The position numbers and the translations under genes are program-made. From Vicugna vicugna (lineage: Eukaryota): DNA of 64,000 nucleotides. The notes beneath the pieces were generated by a model. It did no database searches and was not told the DNA's origin. It saw only the letters and a list, made by a program, of their open reading frames with translations. This document shows, one piece after another, positions 1-13,375 of the stretch; within the stretch, counting starts at the first letter, position 1; the number at the start of each line of letters is the position of its first letter. Where the stretch lies: the NCBI GenBank assembly GCA_013265495.1, contig MU058059.1, forward strand, positions 1,773,502 through 1,837,501. Reading direction: 5' to 3'.

Positions 1-1904
1 AATCTTGAGTAAAGATACCTGATTGTAATCCCCCTCCTCAGACTTCACCCTCATGTCCCATTTGACAAATAGCAGAACCTCTCTCAGGGACAGGCAGCAA
101 TCTGTGGAGTCAGGGTTGTCTGCTGAGCAGCAAATGCCGATGAGCGGCCAGGGCCCTGAAGACATGAAGGAGCTGATTTTTTTTCCAAAAGGAAATTCAC
201 AGGGGAAAAACCAACTGATGTATCTCATAAACGGTCTTTGGAATTAATTTCAATGCTTGTTAAAGAATCTAAATCTCCCTTTGATAAGATTCTCGCAGGA
301 GTTCCTAATTAGGCCCCCATCTTTTGTCACCTGTAAGCAACTCTCCTATTCAAGACTCTGCATATAAATAAAAGAACACAGATTCCAAATTATCCAAGCA
401 AAATTGGGGAACAATTTTTAAACCATTATGAATTTTTAAAAATATTGGCTTTAGGGCTATGAATATTGATCTAACCGTTCACTCAGTCATTCAAGAGGAC
501 CAGGTGTGTCACTCAGAAAGTACTCATTACCTGCAGTTTTGCTTCCTCTTCCTGGCACTAGAACTGAGTGATGGAGAAAAGGTGTCTTTATCATTCTGGA
601 TTCTTGAGCCTCAATTCCCCCTTCTTTGGCCCAGATGATACCTCAGACCAGTGGGTGTTGCTCCCTCCTTTCTGCCTGCCCTGCATGCAAGCAGCTGGAA
701 CTTGGATTAACTTGTAGGAATTGATGTCCTAATTGTGACTCTGTTACTCTTACCCACCCCAACCCCAGTGTGTCATAGTCCTTACCGTATGTCCCCACCT
801 TGTCCTCTGTGACCTTCCCTCCACATGCCCACCAGGATGCTGCCTTAGGGTAGCTGACCTCATTCTTCAAAACCATTATTCTAGAGTTCCTGAAAAATAA
901 TGTAAGATGGTGGCATTTAAAGTTTGCTTAAAAGGATTAAAATAAATTCTCCCCACAGCTAGGGCCACCATTCAAAGTTATTAAAAATTTGCTATTGGAA
1001 AATAAGTCCCTAAAATAGCAATTTTTCTTTTTAGACCTCAGTTTCTTAGCATAAAATTTTTTATTCCCCAGTTTTTTTTGCCTTTGGCCTAAAAATATCA
1101 AAATAGGATGTTGAAATATGTGATCATTTATTCAGATTTGAATTTTATATTGAAAATGTATTTTGAAAATAGAAGAAAATCAACTAAAAAAAAATCAGCA
1201 TTCCTTGACTGAAGAAATGTGTTTAAGCTACATTGTTATAATTTACCTTCCTTTGATTCTAAGAGTATATCATTTGCTGTCACTTTTTAGGAACCAAGTT
1301 AACGATGAAAATAATTATGAAGATACTCATTTTCTTCTAGGGATTCAATCTACAGCTGGGGAAAACTGTTTTCATGTAGATGACTGATTCTTAACAGTGG
1401 GAGCTTTTAAAGAAGACCGACCACTGGGCCCCATCCCTTACATTCCGACTCAGTTCATCTGGATGTGGTCCGGGCTTTAAGATTTTAAAAGCTGGGATGT
1501 GCAGACAAAGCAATGGTACCTTGAATATTAATTTGGTATCTTGGCCTTCTGTGGGTGTTCCCTTGGGTGTTTTATTTTACCGCTCAAAAACGCAGGTTTA
1601 ATTTGAAGTGTTAAACACATCTCTCAAAGACTTCTCTATTATAAATACATAGACACAAGGTTTTTTTAATGTAAAAGTTTAATTCATCTTTTCTAACACT
1701 CTCCAACAGTTATCAATCACTGCATAATCCAGCTGCCATTTTCTCTTAAATAACTTGACTTGACCAACTTAACTAACTTCATGTTCTTCTTTGGCATATT
1801 CTGGTTCTTCTTGCCTTTTGTCTTGTCAGAAACTTGGCTTCAGCTCCTCCAAGCCAGCTGGGTCTCGAGGTGCTTGATGCTTTTCTTCCTGCAGCTTTTG
1901 GCTG

Positions 1905-2560
1905 CATACGTTAATTTGGTCATTCATCAAATGCTTTCTGAGTGCTTGTTGTGTGCAGACTTGGTATCAGGGCTCAGGATGCAAAGATGACTAAGACACA
2001 TTGTTTTCCCAGGAAGAGGAACTCCTGTGGCCTTTTCTCTTTTACACCAAAAGATAAATGCTAAAGAGAGAATCCACAACAATATTGGGAGGAGAGTGTA
2101 AGTGGTTCCTAACTGTCAGGAAAAGCTTGGGGCGGTAATGGCATTTGAATTGAGTCTCAAAGGATAAATGTGTTACTTGACCTGGCAGCTTAAGGGAAAA
2201 AGAACATTCTTGTCAAAGAAAATAGCCTTGCAAAAAATGCCACAGTCCATAGCCTGTTCAGGCAAAAGTGGAAGGTCTGTTTGCTGGTGAGGAATTGCAG
2301 AGGATGCGGCTGAAAAAACGGACTTGATATAGAAGCTGTCCGGTCTTTTTATGACATGCGTGCACGTGTGTTCTTCGACCTTCCCACTGAAGGAAAGCTG
2401 AAATGGAACTCCATGGACGAACCTACACTTTGAAAAGATTCATCTGAAAACAGCATGGAAGAAGGATCGATGGGAAAAGTTTCAGGAAACAAGGAAAGTG
2501 TATTAGAAGGCTGTGACAATTGACGGAACTATGGTGCAGGCACTATTGACAAGACTTGAA
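1905..2560. mobile_element. Old L2 LINE fragment
   Basis: cattcatcaaatgctttctgagtgcttgttgtgtgcagac and gcatttgaattgagtctcaaaggat resemble the L2 3' region; approximate bounds. Confidence 0.55.
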
Positions 2561-3011
2561 AAGGACTCAAAATAATTACTTATAGGAAAAACATGAGCTT
2601 TGTGGAAACTCATGAAAATAACAGAAAAAAAAGCATTAAGAGGAAAGTACAAAGCATCTGTAATCCTTTCACCAGAGATAACCGCCATTAATGATTCATT
2701 CCAGTCATTTTTCCCTGCATAATTTATATGGCTAAGCTAATTTTAGATCCTGATTTTTCATTTAACACTGTGAGAAGCATTTCTCATTATAATAAAGACA
2801 TTCCATTACAATAATTCTAATGGTTACAAAATCACTTTTGTACAGATGCAGAGTAGAAATACCAAACCATTTCCCTATCTGGTTGTTTCCAAATTTTCAC
2901 CAATAACTTTATATTTAACATCTTTGTGGATAAAGTTGTATAAAATTATTTTTATAGGCTATATAACAAGTAAAATTAATGAGTTAAACCATAGTTAACA
3001 TTGAGACTTTA

Positions 3012-3156
3012 GTAGGGAGGGTATAGCTCAGTGGTGGAGTGCATGCTTAGCATGCACAAGGTCCTGGGTTCAATCTCCAGTACCTCTATTAAAAAAAATT
3101 ATAAATGAGTAAACCTAATTATCTCCCTATCTCCCCCCCAAAAAAAGTTTTTTTAA
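3012..3156 (+). mobile_element. tRNA(Ala)-derived SINE, vic-1-like (camelid)
   Basis: gggagggtatagctcagtggtggagtgcatgcttagcatgcacaaggtcctgggttcaatctccagtacctc with Pol III A/B boxes, A-rich spacer and aaacctaattatctccc tail; perfect 12-bp TSD ATTGAGACTTTA at 3000-3011 and 3157-3168. Confidence 0.85.
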
Positions 3157-3289
3157 ATTGAGACTTTAATTGTATTATCAGAAAAAGTACAAAAACATGT
3201 GCTCTAGATTTTAGAAATATTCAAGATATAGGGTCTTTTGTTTGGATTTGGTGAATAATTACTTTGGGAAAGTAAAAAATGATGAATTA

Positions 3290-3750
3290 GTCTAAAATGA
3301 TTCCACTTTTCCAATTTGGCAGACTTGGCAAATTATATCATCACTAACTAAGGAAAACAAGAATACAGAAGGAGCAGGCTTGTCAGGGATGCTAATGAGC
3401 AAGTTTGGATTTGCTGCATTTGAGACGCCGTGTTGGTGGGAAACTCAGGTGGTACACAGTGGGCAAGTGAAAATGTGGTGTGGAGTTCAGCAAAAGAAGT
3501 GGGAGACTCAGGGTCTAGATTTGAGAGCCATTTGGCAAATAAGCATTAGTCTGAGTTGTCAAAGTAAGCAGGAGAGAGAAATCAGTAAAAATAGAAGGGT
3601 GGGGATGAAACTGTGGAGAACACTGCAGCTTTTGAGAGGTGGGTATAGGAGGCAACAGTAAAACAGACTAAGAAAAGGGGTTCAGGAAAACCAGGAGACA
3701 GCATTTTCCCAGAAGCCAGGCGTAAGAGATTTTCCAGCAAAGAAAGAATG
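3290..3750. mobile_element. Old L2 LINE fragment (continuation)
   Basis: gagcaagtttggatttgctgcatttgag...tggagttcag...agatttgagagccat, L2-like purine-rich sequence. Confidence 0.5.
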
Positions 3751-6169
3751 GCCTAAGCCCTGGCTCTCCACTATATCAGACACATTGTCCCATTTACCAC
3801 CCCAAAGATGAAATTTAGAGATAATATATTCTCCTTGGGTACATAATTTTAAAAATCAACATAATGTCCCAACTGTAATATAAAAAAGGGAAAGTACATT
3901 TTATATAATAAGTATTTCAGTACGTAAACATTGGGATGCGACTCAGCCAGATGACACAGGAGTCAGATAGTTGCTCTTATGTGCAGAATCATCGTGGATG
4001 GGGCCCACGAGCTTATTGCTGCTTTGCTACACGCGACCTGAATTTCCAGAATGGTGACTATTCGAACAAAACAAAGTACAGTTTTCCCTCCACTCACACT
4101 GTAATTGTGTGGCTGGAAAATTATCTATATGTGAATAAATACTTTATATGAAGTCTAAAAGTAAACCAAGCCCTAGGTTCCAGTGATTACAAACACTGTG
4201 GTGGATGTCCACCAGGGTATTTCAAAGTCTTGTGTGACAGGATGGTTTTTTCTTGGTGCCGGACTCTCCTCTGCATTGTAGGGCTCCGAGCATTCCTGAC
4301 CCTGCTGATGAAGTACCAGCAAGGCCCCTAGAAGTTGCGGCATTCAGAAAGCTCTCCCATAGCATTCCAGACCACTCCCTGTGGAGTGACACGGTCCAAG
4401 AGAGAAGCAGGGGTTCCCAGTGTCAAATGCCCCTCCTTAGTCTTTAGAGTTCTGGCTAAGCAAGAAATGGAGGGGAAGCAACATAATGGTGTAGTAATCA
4501 TGACTTCTAGAATTCTGTGATTCTCCCCCCTTAATCAGATGATAGAATTTTCCCACTGTTTGTACATAAATTGCTCCAGTCCCTTCCTCTCTTAACTGTA
4601 GGTTCTTAGGTTAATTCATTAGATATACAAATAATGCACTTCCGCTTTGCAATGGCTCTGATTGACCCAGTTTCCAGCCCACGTACAAATAAAATCTGTT
4701 TCTGAAAGCTGCTTCCATGCCAGTGCTTTAAACGACTCGGTTCAAACTTGTACTTTAAACATTAAGCAGAACATAATGAGGCTCCTGAAAGAAAAACCTC
4801 AGTTTTCCTGGGTGATTTGAGTGGTCTCTATACTGATCCTATTGAGTACAAAAGCTTCCCACAGTTCTTCCCAAAAGACCATGCTGCTTTAAGTCTTGTA
4901 TCCTTGGGCAAGTCCCTTAACATCTGGAGCTTCCATTTCTTCGTAACTGGAATACTTATGAGATACGATAAATGTGAAACTATAAAATGCTATCAAGTAT
5001 CAGGTCCATCGTTGTTATGGACCATGATTGAATATAGAACACCTTGGCATGTCAGAGTGGGTAGAGTCTTCTTATTCTCAAAATAAGGACAAACGAAGAC
5101 ACTTGCTCCTTCATGTTTCCTTAAACTGTTATTTTAAGTATTCAGACCACAGACATTCTTCTTACATATACCTCTGTTTCATTTCATGTTTCATTTCTCC
5201 TCTTCTTTCTATCTCTGCATGCCCAAAGGGAATGGGCAGATTTGGGGTGGATAGAAACAGTATGGAAGAAAGGAATTGAATCTAGGCCTCTGGTGATTAT
5301 GTTCTGAGTGGCAGAGAATAAGGAATTGAAGTTAATTTTTTGGAAACCATTTAAATGTCTTTTTCTCCTCCCCTTCCTTGCCCCACCTCAGTTCCACGTG
5401 AGGCCATGCTGTGAATTGTAAACCACTGATGTGTGTCTGGGCAGTGACATTTGAAGGATGGTAGGTTACCCTCTGTTTGCTTTCATCAGTAGACATCACA
5501 TATTGTCTTCCAGTGTGTTCAGGGAGGTGCATGAAGGTTAAGAGTAGTCAAGAAGGGTATCAGAAAATATAGTTCACAAGGTGAATGGAAAATTTGACAC
5601 CCAGACTCATTTATCAATATGAGATTATCCTGGACTGCTTGCTCAAGGCTCTTTTAGATCATTCCTACAGTGTACAGTATGAAGAGGAGAGAGAGGTTAT
5701 ACTTTGTAAATTCTGTACAATGATGAAATTGATTATATTAATTATTTATTCATTTTCAGTTAAGAAAAATAAAAATATTAGATAACAAGCATTTTTAAGC
5801 TGTTTTTCCACTTCAAAATCAACAGTATTTTCTCTTTAAGAGAATGTGTATGGTGCACAATCTTTGACAGAAGGTGTTGCAAAATAGATACACAAGAAAT
5901 TGGTTATGCTTCAAATAGCTGCCAGGTTTGTTCTGTATTTTCTACAGTATATCTCACTAAACATGACGAAACTCCCCTCCCAACTCCTCTGAACCTCCCC
6001 ACAAACTCAGTTACATAATAGACGAGCAGATTTTGTTTAAATCCATTTTCTCGCCTTCATAATGTGGTAAGTAAATCATAGTCATTTTTGCCTGACTTCA
6101 GGCACTAGAGAAATTGTCACTTGAAAACTGGCTGGCTGACCTACGGTGTCTAATAGGAAGATGGGGCAG

Positions 6170-6360
6170 CAGCCCTGTGAATTGCAGACGGGTCAGCACG
6201 CTTGGTGTATGGAGTCACAGGTAAATATTTTCAGCTTTGTGGTCCATGGCACCTCTGTGGCCACTGTTCAGCTCTGCCATTGCAGCGTGGGTGCCAGCCG
6301 TGGACTGTCCTCTTGATAGTGGGAGAAGCTGCATGGCTGTAAAACCATCTTTTGTCCACA
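6170..6360. mobile_element. MER58-like hAT-Charlie DNA transposon relic
   Basis: gtaaatattttcagctttgtggtccatgg...actgttcagctctgccattgcagc...gctgtaaaacc. Confidence 0.55.
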
Positions 6361-8829
6361 TGGAGTATTGAGCCTCTTTCTTCCTGGGTGAGCTGAGTGT
6401 AGTCCGACTCTGAAGGTAGGAGGAGGCATTTGGAGGCCGGGTTCCCATCCACATTCAGGGCTTTCCAAAGCACTTGTATTCAGGCCACTGCTTGGGGCAT
6501 CCCATGGAAAATTTAAAAACATAGCCAAGTAACAACAGTTAGACCCATACATTTCATATATAACATTGGAGTCTAATTCAAACTGTAGCATGTGACACAA
6601 GGCAGACTGTCATATCTAAGGCCTGCAGGCTTCCTGTGTCTGGGGACAGTCTGGTGAATGGATGGATAGAAGTGCTTAAAATGTATAGAACATGCAAGGG
6701 TGATACTTTGAGTATTTAATAACTCTGAGGCCCGGGTACCAAGAGCAACATGCCCTAGTGTAGACAGCCAGCAAGGCTCTAGGGGCAAGAATTTACTGGA
6801 AAGAAGCTCTCAATAAATGGAAACAGTTTGAACATGCAAGCGTGCATACACGCAATGTACCTATCTATGTACACATAGGGATACACGCTCATACATACAT
6901 GTTTTCAGAGAACCTCGAGACCATGTGGACCTGCCTTTCTCCGTTACAGCTCTTCATCTTCCCTCTCTGTGTTCCTGGCTGAGAAAAATAGGGTTCTGCT
7001 AAGCTCAAACTGTGCCTTCCTGCCTCCTTGGCAGGCTTGCTCAGTCCCCGCAGCCCCTCTACCCCTTGCAGATCAATTTCTCCTTTTTTACAAGCTTCCT
7101 GCTCCTGCCTTCAAAGATGTACATATCATCCTCATTCTAAATCAGTAACCACGGTAATCAGTTGAATACAACGTTTTCTATCTGACACTTTAGTCATTTT
7201 CTTCAAAAAAGTTAGGTGGTCACGCAGGCTAAGAAATTCAGTAGCAGCCAATTCACTGCACTCTTTCTAAAGTTAATCTTTATGTGTCTCTGTCTCTTTT
7301 TCCCCCTGAATTCTTTTAAATTCAGCTTTGTTGTCACTTCCTAAAACAACTCATTATGACATCCTATAGGTCTTATAATTGGGACTTATTTATCAAAGTC
7401 CCAATTAAAGGAGCAAAGTCTTGTTAGTAAACTAAAACTACCAATTTGTGCTTTTCTTTTTCATGTGTGTATGTACACACACACACGCACACACACAGAC
7501 CTCTGGGATTTTATATTTCATTCAAAATTAATTTAAAAGTTTAATTTAGCAAATAACAAATGGAGAATAAGGAGCATTAGCCAGGGTGGCTGGTTGGTGC
7601 AGAGCTCTGGAAACTGATGATGGCAGTGAAAATAAGGTTTATCCAGGCAGGCTTCAGAACTTACTGGAGGTGGGGAGATTTATATGTCTATGTTTGATTA
7701 ATATTTATTGAAAGTAAACAGACTCTGGGGGTCTACTTGGTTCCTGCCTGTTGTGTGTTACCGCCCAGGTGTTATGTAAGGCAGGCTGGCTGTTTGTGGT
7801 TAGCTGTATCCACTTTCAAAATCCATCCTGGTTTATGGAAGATGGCCTTTTCTTTTTCTTTGGCATCTGTATGCCCCACCTGAAGCAAGACTTAGAAATG
7901 GAAAAACCTCGATCACTTTGATGCTTTTTGGAGTAGTTCTTTGTCATGCTGAGACTGGAAAAGAAAAGATGGTTGTCAACTCACAGATCCCTGCCCTCCA
8001 GAGGGAGGGTCTCATAGCCGAGGCATCCGCCTTTCTTCCCAACGGCATCTGAGGCCAGAATCATCCTGGCAGTTGTCTCTGGGACAGGAGTACAACTCAA
8101 GGACTCTGGGTTTCCATGAAGTTTTGTGTGATATTTCTTCCCCTCCCTCTCCCTAGTCTTCTGTTTCCTTTTTGCTTCCATAATAGCATAGCTCTGTTAT
8201 CTTTTAGGAGCTGGCACTGCCTGGAACCAATTTCTACAACTTGGAGGTCTGTGAGAGAAAGGAAATTAGAGAATAGTGATTAACTTCAGATAATGGTTTT
8301 TAAAAACAAGGTTTGTTTTTTTTTTAATGCAACCTTGAGTTTAAAGGAAAAGCCTTAAATTTGTAAGGTGGAGAAGATAGGTATTTATTTTTCTTAATAA
8401 AATTCAAAATTTTCTAGAGCTCATAAAAATTATAAAATGATTAAACTTAAATAATGTTATGAAACATGTTTTGTCAGTATAACATTCCCTTAATTAAAAA
8501 TATTTAAAAAACTAAAAAACGAAAAAAAAAACCCCAAAATAAACAGAAACATTCACTTAAAAAAGAATTTCCACGTTTACCTACAATTCATCCATCTTCA
8601 TGCACTTAATGAAGCAGGCGTCATGCCAGGACCTGTGATAGACTGAGGGATGTCAAAGTAAATCTGATATAATTTCCAATTTCAGGTTTAAAATCTAATA
8701 GTTGAGGTGAGTCATGTCTTCAAGTCAGTGCAATAAGGAAGGTAAGCAGCATTTGTTGGCAGATAATTTTCATCTGCTAAGATCAGGGATAATATCAGAG
8801 AGAGTGGTACTTCAATTCTTGGTTTATAT

Positions 8830-11580
8830 AGCATCTCATTTTTCTCTCAGCTGTGTACAGTTTTCTTTTTTGGTACTGTGTTCAAATCTTTAGCCCATTT
8901 TAAAGGTTTTATTATGACTGAATTTTGAAAGTTCTTTAAATATTCTTGATCTAAGTACATTATCAGATATGTGGTTTGCAAATAGTTTCTTGTTTATGAC
9001 TTACCCTTTTATCCTTTTAATGGTGTCTTTGAAGAGCAGATATTAAGTCCATTTTATAAATGTTTTATGGATTGTGCTTTTTGTGATCTTTGAAATCTTC
9101 ACCTACACCAAACAATAAGATTTTCTTATATTTCCTTCTAGAAACAAAAATTTCTAAAGGTTTTAAAATGTTTTAGGGTTTACATTTAGCTCTGTGACCC
9201 ATTTTGAATTAATTCCTAAGTATATAGTATAGAGGTATAGATGGAAGGTTTTGTTTTGCTTTTGTTTTGATTACGGTTCTTTAATTATTCCAGCACTATT
9301 TATTGAAAAAATTATTCTTTCACTGCTGAATTCCTTTGTACCTTTGTTGAAAATCAGTTGACAACATGCTTGTGAGTATATTTCAGACTCTGTTCTGTTT
9401 CATGGATCTGTGTCTGTTTGATGGCAATACTATATTGCTTTCTACTGTAGCTTTTATAAGTCTTGAATTTAGGTGAATTTAAGTGTTCTGATTTTTTTCC
9501 CCCAGAGTTGTTTTGGCTATTCCAGGTTTCCTATTCTTTCATATGAACTTTAGAAAGCTTGCCAATTTTACAAAGAAAAAATCTAGCTAGAATTTTGATT
9601 GAGATTGCATTAAGTCTATAGATCAGTTTGGGGGAGAACTGACATCTTAAAGTATGTCGAAATCTTCAAATCCATATGTATGTCATATCTCTCCTTTTGT
9701 TTAGGACTTTAATTTCTCTCAGCAGTGTTCGTAGTTTTCAGTGTACAGGTCCTGCCCATCTTTTCTCAGAATTATTCTACGTAGCTCACATTTTTTAATG
9801 CTATTATAGATGATACTGCTTTTAAATGTTGATTTCTAATTGCTCGCTGTTCATATGTAGAATTACAACTGCTTTTTGTGTATAGATATTGAGCTTAACC
9901 TTGTAACCTTGCTGAATTTATTTCAGTAGTTTTTTCTATATTCTCTTTCTGTATTTTCTACATAGACAGTTATGATATCTGCATATAAATACAGTTTACT
10001 TCTTTCTTTCAAATCTGGATACCTTTCTGCCTTTTTCTTGACTGATTGCACTGGTTGAATCTCCAGTACAATATTGAATAAAAATGGGGAGAGCAGTCAT
10101 CCAGATCTTGTTCTTGATCTCAGAGGGAAAACATTCAGTCTTTCACCATTAAACATGGTGTTAACTGTTTTTCTTAGATGCCCTTTACATATTGAGGTAG
10201 TTCTCTTCTATTCCTAATTTGCCAAGAGTTTTTTTTTTTTTACAAGAATGGATGCTGAATTTTGTGAAATAGTTTTTCTACATCTGTTATATGATCATAT
10301 TACTCTGTTAATACAATGAATTAAATGAATTAAAAGTTTTTAAATGATCATGATATGTGATCCTTTTTATATATCTTGAATTCTATTTGATAAAATTTTA
10401 TTAAGAATGTTTGCATCTGTGTCCATGGCTGAGGGTGCACTGGTCTATTTTCTCTTATAGTATTTGTCTTACTTACCAAAGCAAGTATTTGATGTTTAGG
10501 TAATGCTGGCGTTATACACTGAGTTAGTAAATGTTCCTCCTCTTTAATTTTCTGGAAAAGTTTGTATAGAATTGATATTGTTTCCTTTTTAAGTATTTGG
10601 TGGAATTCTTTGGTGAAGCCATATGAACCTGGAATTTTCTTTGGGAGAAGGTGTTTAACTACAAATTCAATTTCTTTAATAAATATAGGGCCACTGAGGA
10701 TATCTTATCTCTTCTCGAGTGAGCTTGGTAGGTTGTTATCTTACGAGAAATTTCTTTACATCTAAGTTGTTGAACTTACTGGCGTGAAGTTGTTTATGGT
10801 ATTCTGTACTATCTTGTTAATAGCTGTAAAACTTTCAATGATGTTACTCTTTCATTCCTGATATTGCTAATTTGTGACTTCTGTTTGTTCCCTAATCTGT
10901 CTGTGTTGAGGTTTATCAATTTAATTGATCTTTTAAAGAACAAACATTTGGTTTCATTGATTTGCTCTACTATTTTTATGTTTACTATTTCATTGTTTTT
11001 CGTTCTGTTATTATTTCCTCTTTTCTGCTTACTTTGCAATTAATTTGCTCATTTTCTAGTTCTTAAGGTAGAATCTGAAGCCATTGGTTGGATAGGTTTT
11101 TTCTTTTCTAATATAGATATTTAGTGCTATACATTTCCCTCCAGCCACTGTTTCAGCTATATTCCAAATCTTTTGTAATGCTTTATTTTTGAAACTTTCA
11201 GACTTTCTAATGTTATCTTGATTTCTGGTTTGGCCAATTGGTTATTTAGAAGTGTGTTACTTAGTTTCAAAAATTTTCATGATTTTCCACATATATTTTT
11301 GCTATAGATTTCTAATTTAAATCCACTATAGTCAAAGAACATGTTTGTATGACATGAATTCTTTTAAATTTATTGATATTCATTGTATGGACCAGATGTT
11401 ACCTATATTGGTAAATGTTCTGTGTACACTTGCAAAGAATATGTATTCTGCTTTTGGTGAGTGGAGTGTTCTATAAATGTCAATTAAGTCAGTTGTCTTT
11501 TTATCTACCTACTGAGTTACTGTCTACATATTCTATAAATTATCTAAAGAGGATTTTGAAATCTCTTACTATAATTGTAA
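8830..11580 (-). mobile_element. Old L1 (L1M-type) ORF2-region fragment, ~2.7 kb
   Basis: T-rich antisense L1 text; the minus-strand ORF 10809-11039 (INETKCLFFKRSIKLIN...ISNIRNER) is an L1 ORF2p remnant. Confidence 0.85.
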
Positions 11581-13199
11581 GCCTTTGTTGAATGCATAGA
11601 AAGATGCATTATAATGGGCTAGAAGGAACCCTGGTTGACTTTGATTTTGCAGCTCTGCTGAAATACAGACATTCTGGTAAGTAAAACCTGGGTAATTTTT
11701 GCTTTGAAGAAGGAATTTTTGCAATGGAAAATGGAAGCAAAAGTGAGAACTGTCTTACCCATTCATCAAAGAAAAAAAAAAGACAAATTTTAAGTGGCAG
11801 ATTCTCTTTTTAAGTGAATGAAAGTAAATACAGCGAAATACATGACCTAATTCCTTTGTGTCATTTGTATTTTTTTAAAAAGATAGTTGAAAGCTCAATG
11901 GAGTTGCTCAAAACAGAGTCTATTCAAGCAATTATTGACTATCATAATTAATCTTGGCCAGTGGTAAGGAAGAAGCTAACATTATTGGAAAATGAGTAGA
12001 CAGGAAGCATTAGAGGAGGGAAAACTTCCTGGTTGGTTTACTGCTTTTAGAAAGAAAACACTTCACCTGACTAAGATGATAGACTAGAAATCACTCTCCA
12101 GCCCCCACGGCATAAACTATTGATTGTGGTTTCTAGTTGCCTGTCTGCTGTCAGGGAGTAAAATTGTGAATAGTAAAGGGGTTCATCTCGAGTGTGGGGG
12201 AGCTTCTGCGGTATGGGCAGCAAGAGCCCCACCACATGAAGCCACTGCCAGTTGAAAGTATTATTGGTTGCTCTTTTGGCAAAACTCACAGCTCTTGTTT
12301 TTCCAAAGTTCACATTTAACGTGGTCTTTCAAGTTACCCGTCTATGCCTTTCTTTGTCATTCTGTGAGAGGGACTTTGAGGATCCTAATTCTGACAGTTG
12401 TTTTTGTGGCATTTAGAGTGTAAAGTGCTGGTTCTTTGATTGGCTGAAGGAATTTATCTGATGGTCAACAGTGTGTTGAGTAAATTGGAGAGGGTGAGGT
12501 AGAGAACTAATTTAAAATGCCTTCAACTGAGTGTTGGTGATGATGGTGATTACCCATAGTAACAATAATGGAAATGTGAATTTAGAATTTATTTTCTTTT
12601 AACCTGGCTATGATACCTGAGAATTGTCTCTGCATGCCACAAAAAAGTCTGAGTGAAATGGAAGTCTTAGCGTCTACTTCCTTGAATGGTTTTAAAATAG
12701 AATGAATTACTGACACGATTTCAAGAAATTCTAATATATTCTAATATACCAGCCAGTGGATAAATTCAAAATGTAATTTATGTTTAATAATAGTGCTGAT
12801 ATATTCCCTTTATATCAGGTATATATCAGTCATTTTTTAATGTGTGTTCTCTGTCTGTATTTTATATACAACTTAGTCTGTATTTGGTCTGCCACACTAG
12901 CCTTAGTTCACTTTCAAATTTTAGAGAACTTTTTTTAAAAATAAATCTTTATTTTGTAGGCAGGCCACTTTTACATATAGCTCTCTTTGTTATTTAATGA
13001 GAACTTTGACAGGGACATAATTTCCAACACATTTTATGATAAAAATATGATCCACTTGATTATTATGCTCTTTCAGAAATGCATAAGGAGAAAAAAAAAG
13101 AATCTCTAATGTGAAAGTGTGATGCTGTATTTATTTTGATGAGTGAGTGAAGAATAAAGTATAAATGAATTAGGAGACTAGTAACCACAGAGAAAGCAT

Positions 13200-13375
13200 G
13201 GAATGAGGCATCAGGAGGCCAGGCCTGTAGTTCTAGCTCTCAGTAATTAGCTGTGTGGTCTTGGGTGAGTTTCTTGACCTCTGTGAGCTTCATTTTTCTT
13301 GTCTGTAACATGTGGTGATTTATTTGAGAAATGTGGCATTTCTCAAATTCCCTCTCAGCTCTCCAGTTCTAGGAT
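13200..13375. mobile_element. MIR SINE
   Basis: tagctgtgtggtcttgggtgagtttcttgacctctgtgagcttcatttttcttgtctgtaa MIR core. Confidence 0.65.

Noticed and set aside
3015..3086. Functional tRNA-Ala gene
   Set aside because: It is followed by a SINE-type tail and flanked by a TSD, and it carries mismatches; better explained as a SINE.
7464..7497. (TG)n/(CA)n self-complementary tract as a hairpin RNA
   Set aside because: An ordinary short microsatellite; similar tracts occur at ~39080 and ~52290.
12436..12446. Reverse CCAAT box (tgattggctga) as an alternative promoter
   Set aside because: A single short motif with no CpG island or other support; expected by chance.
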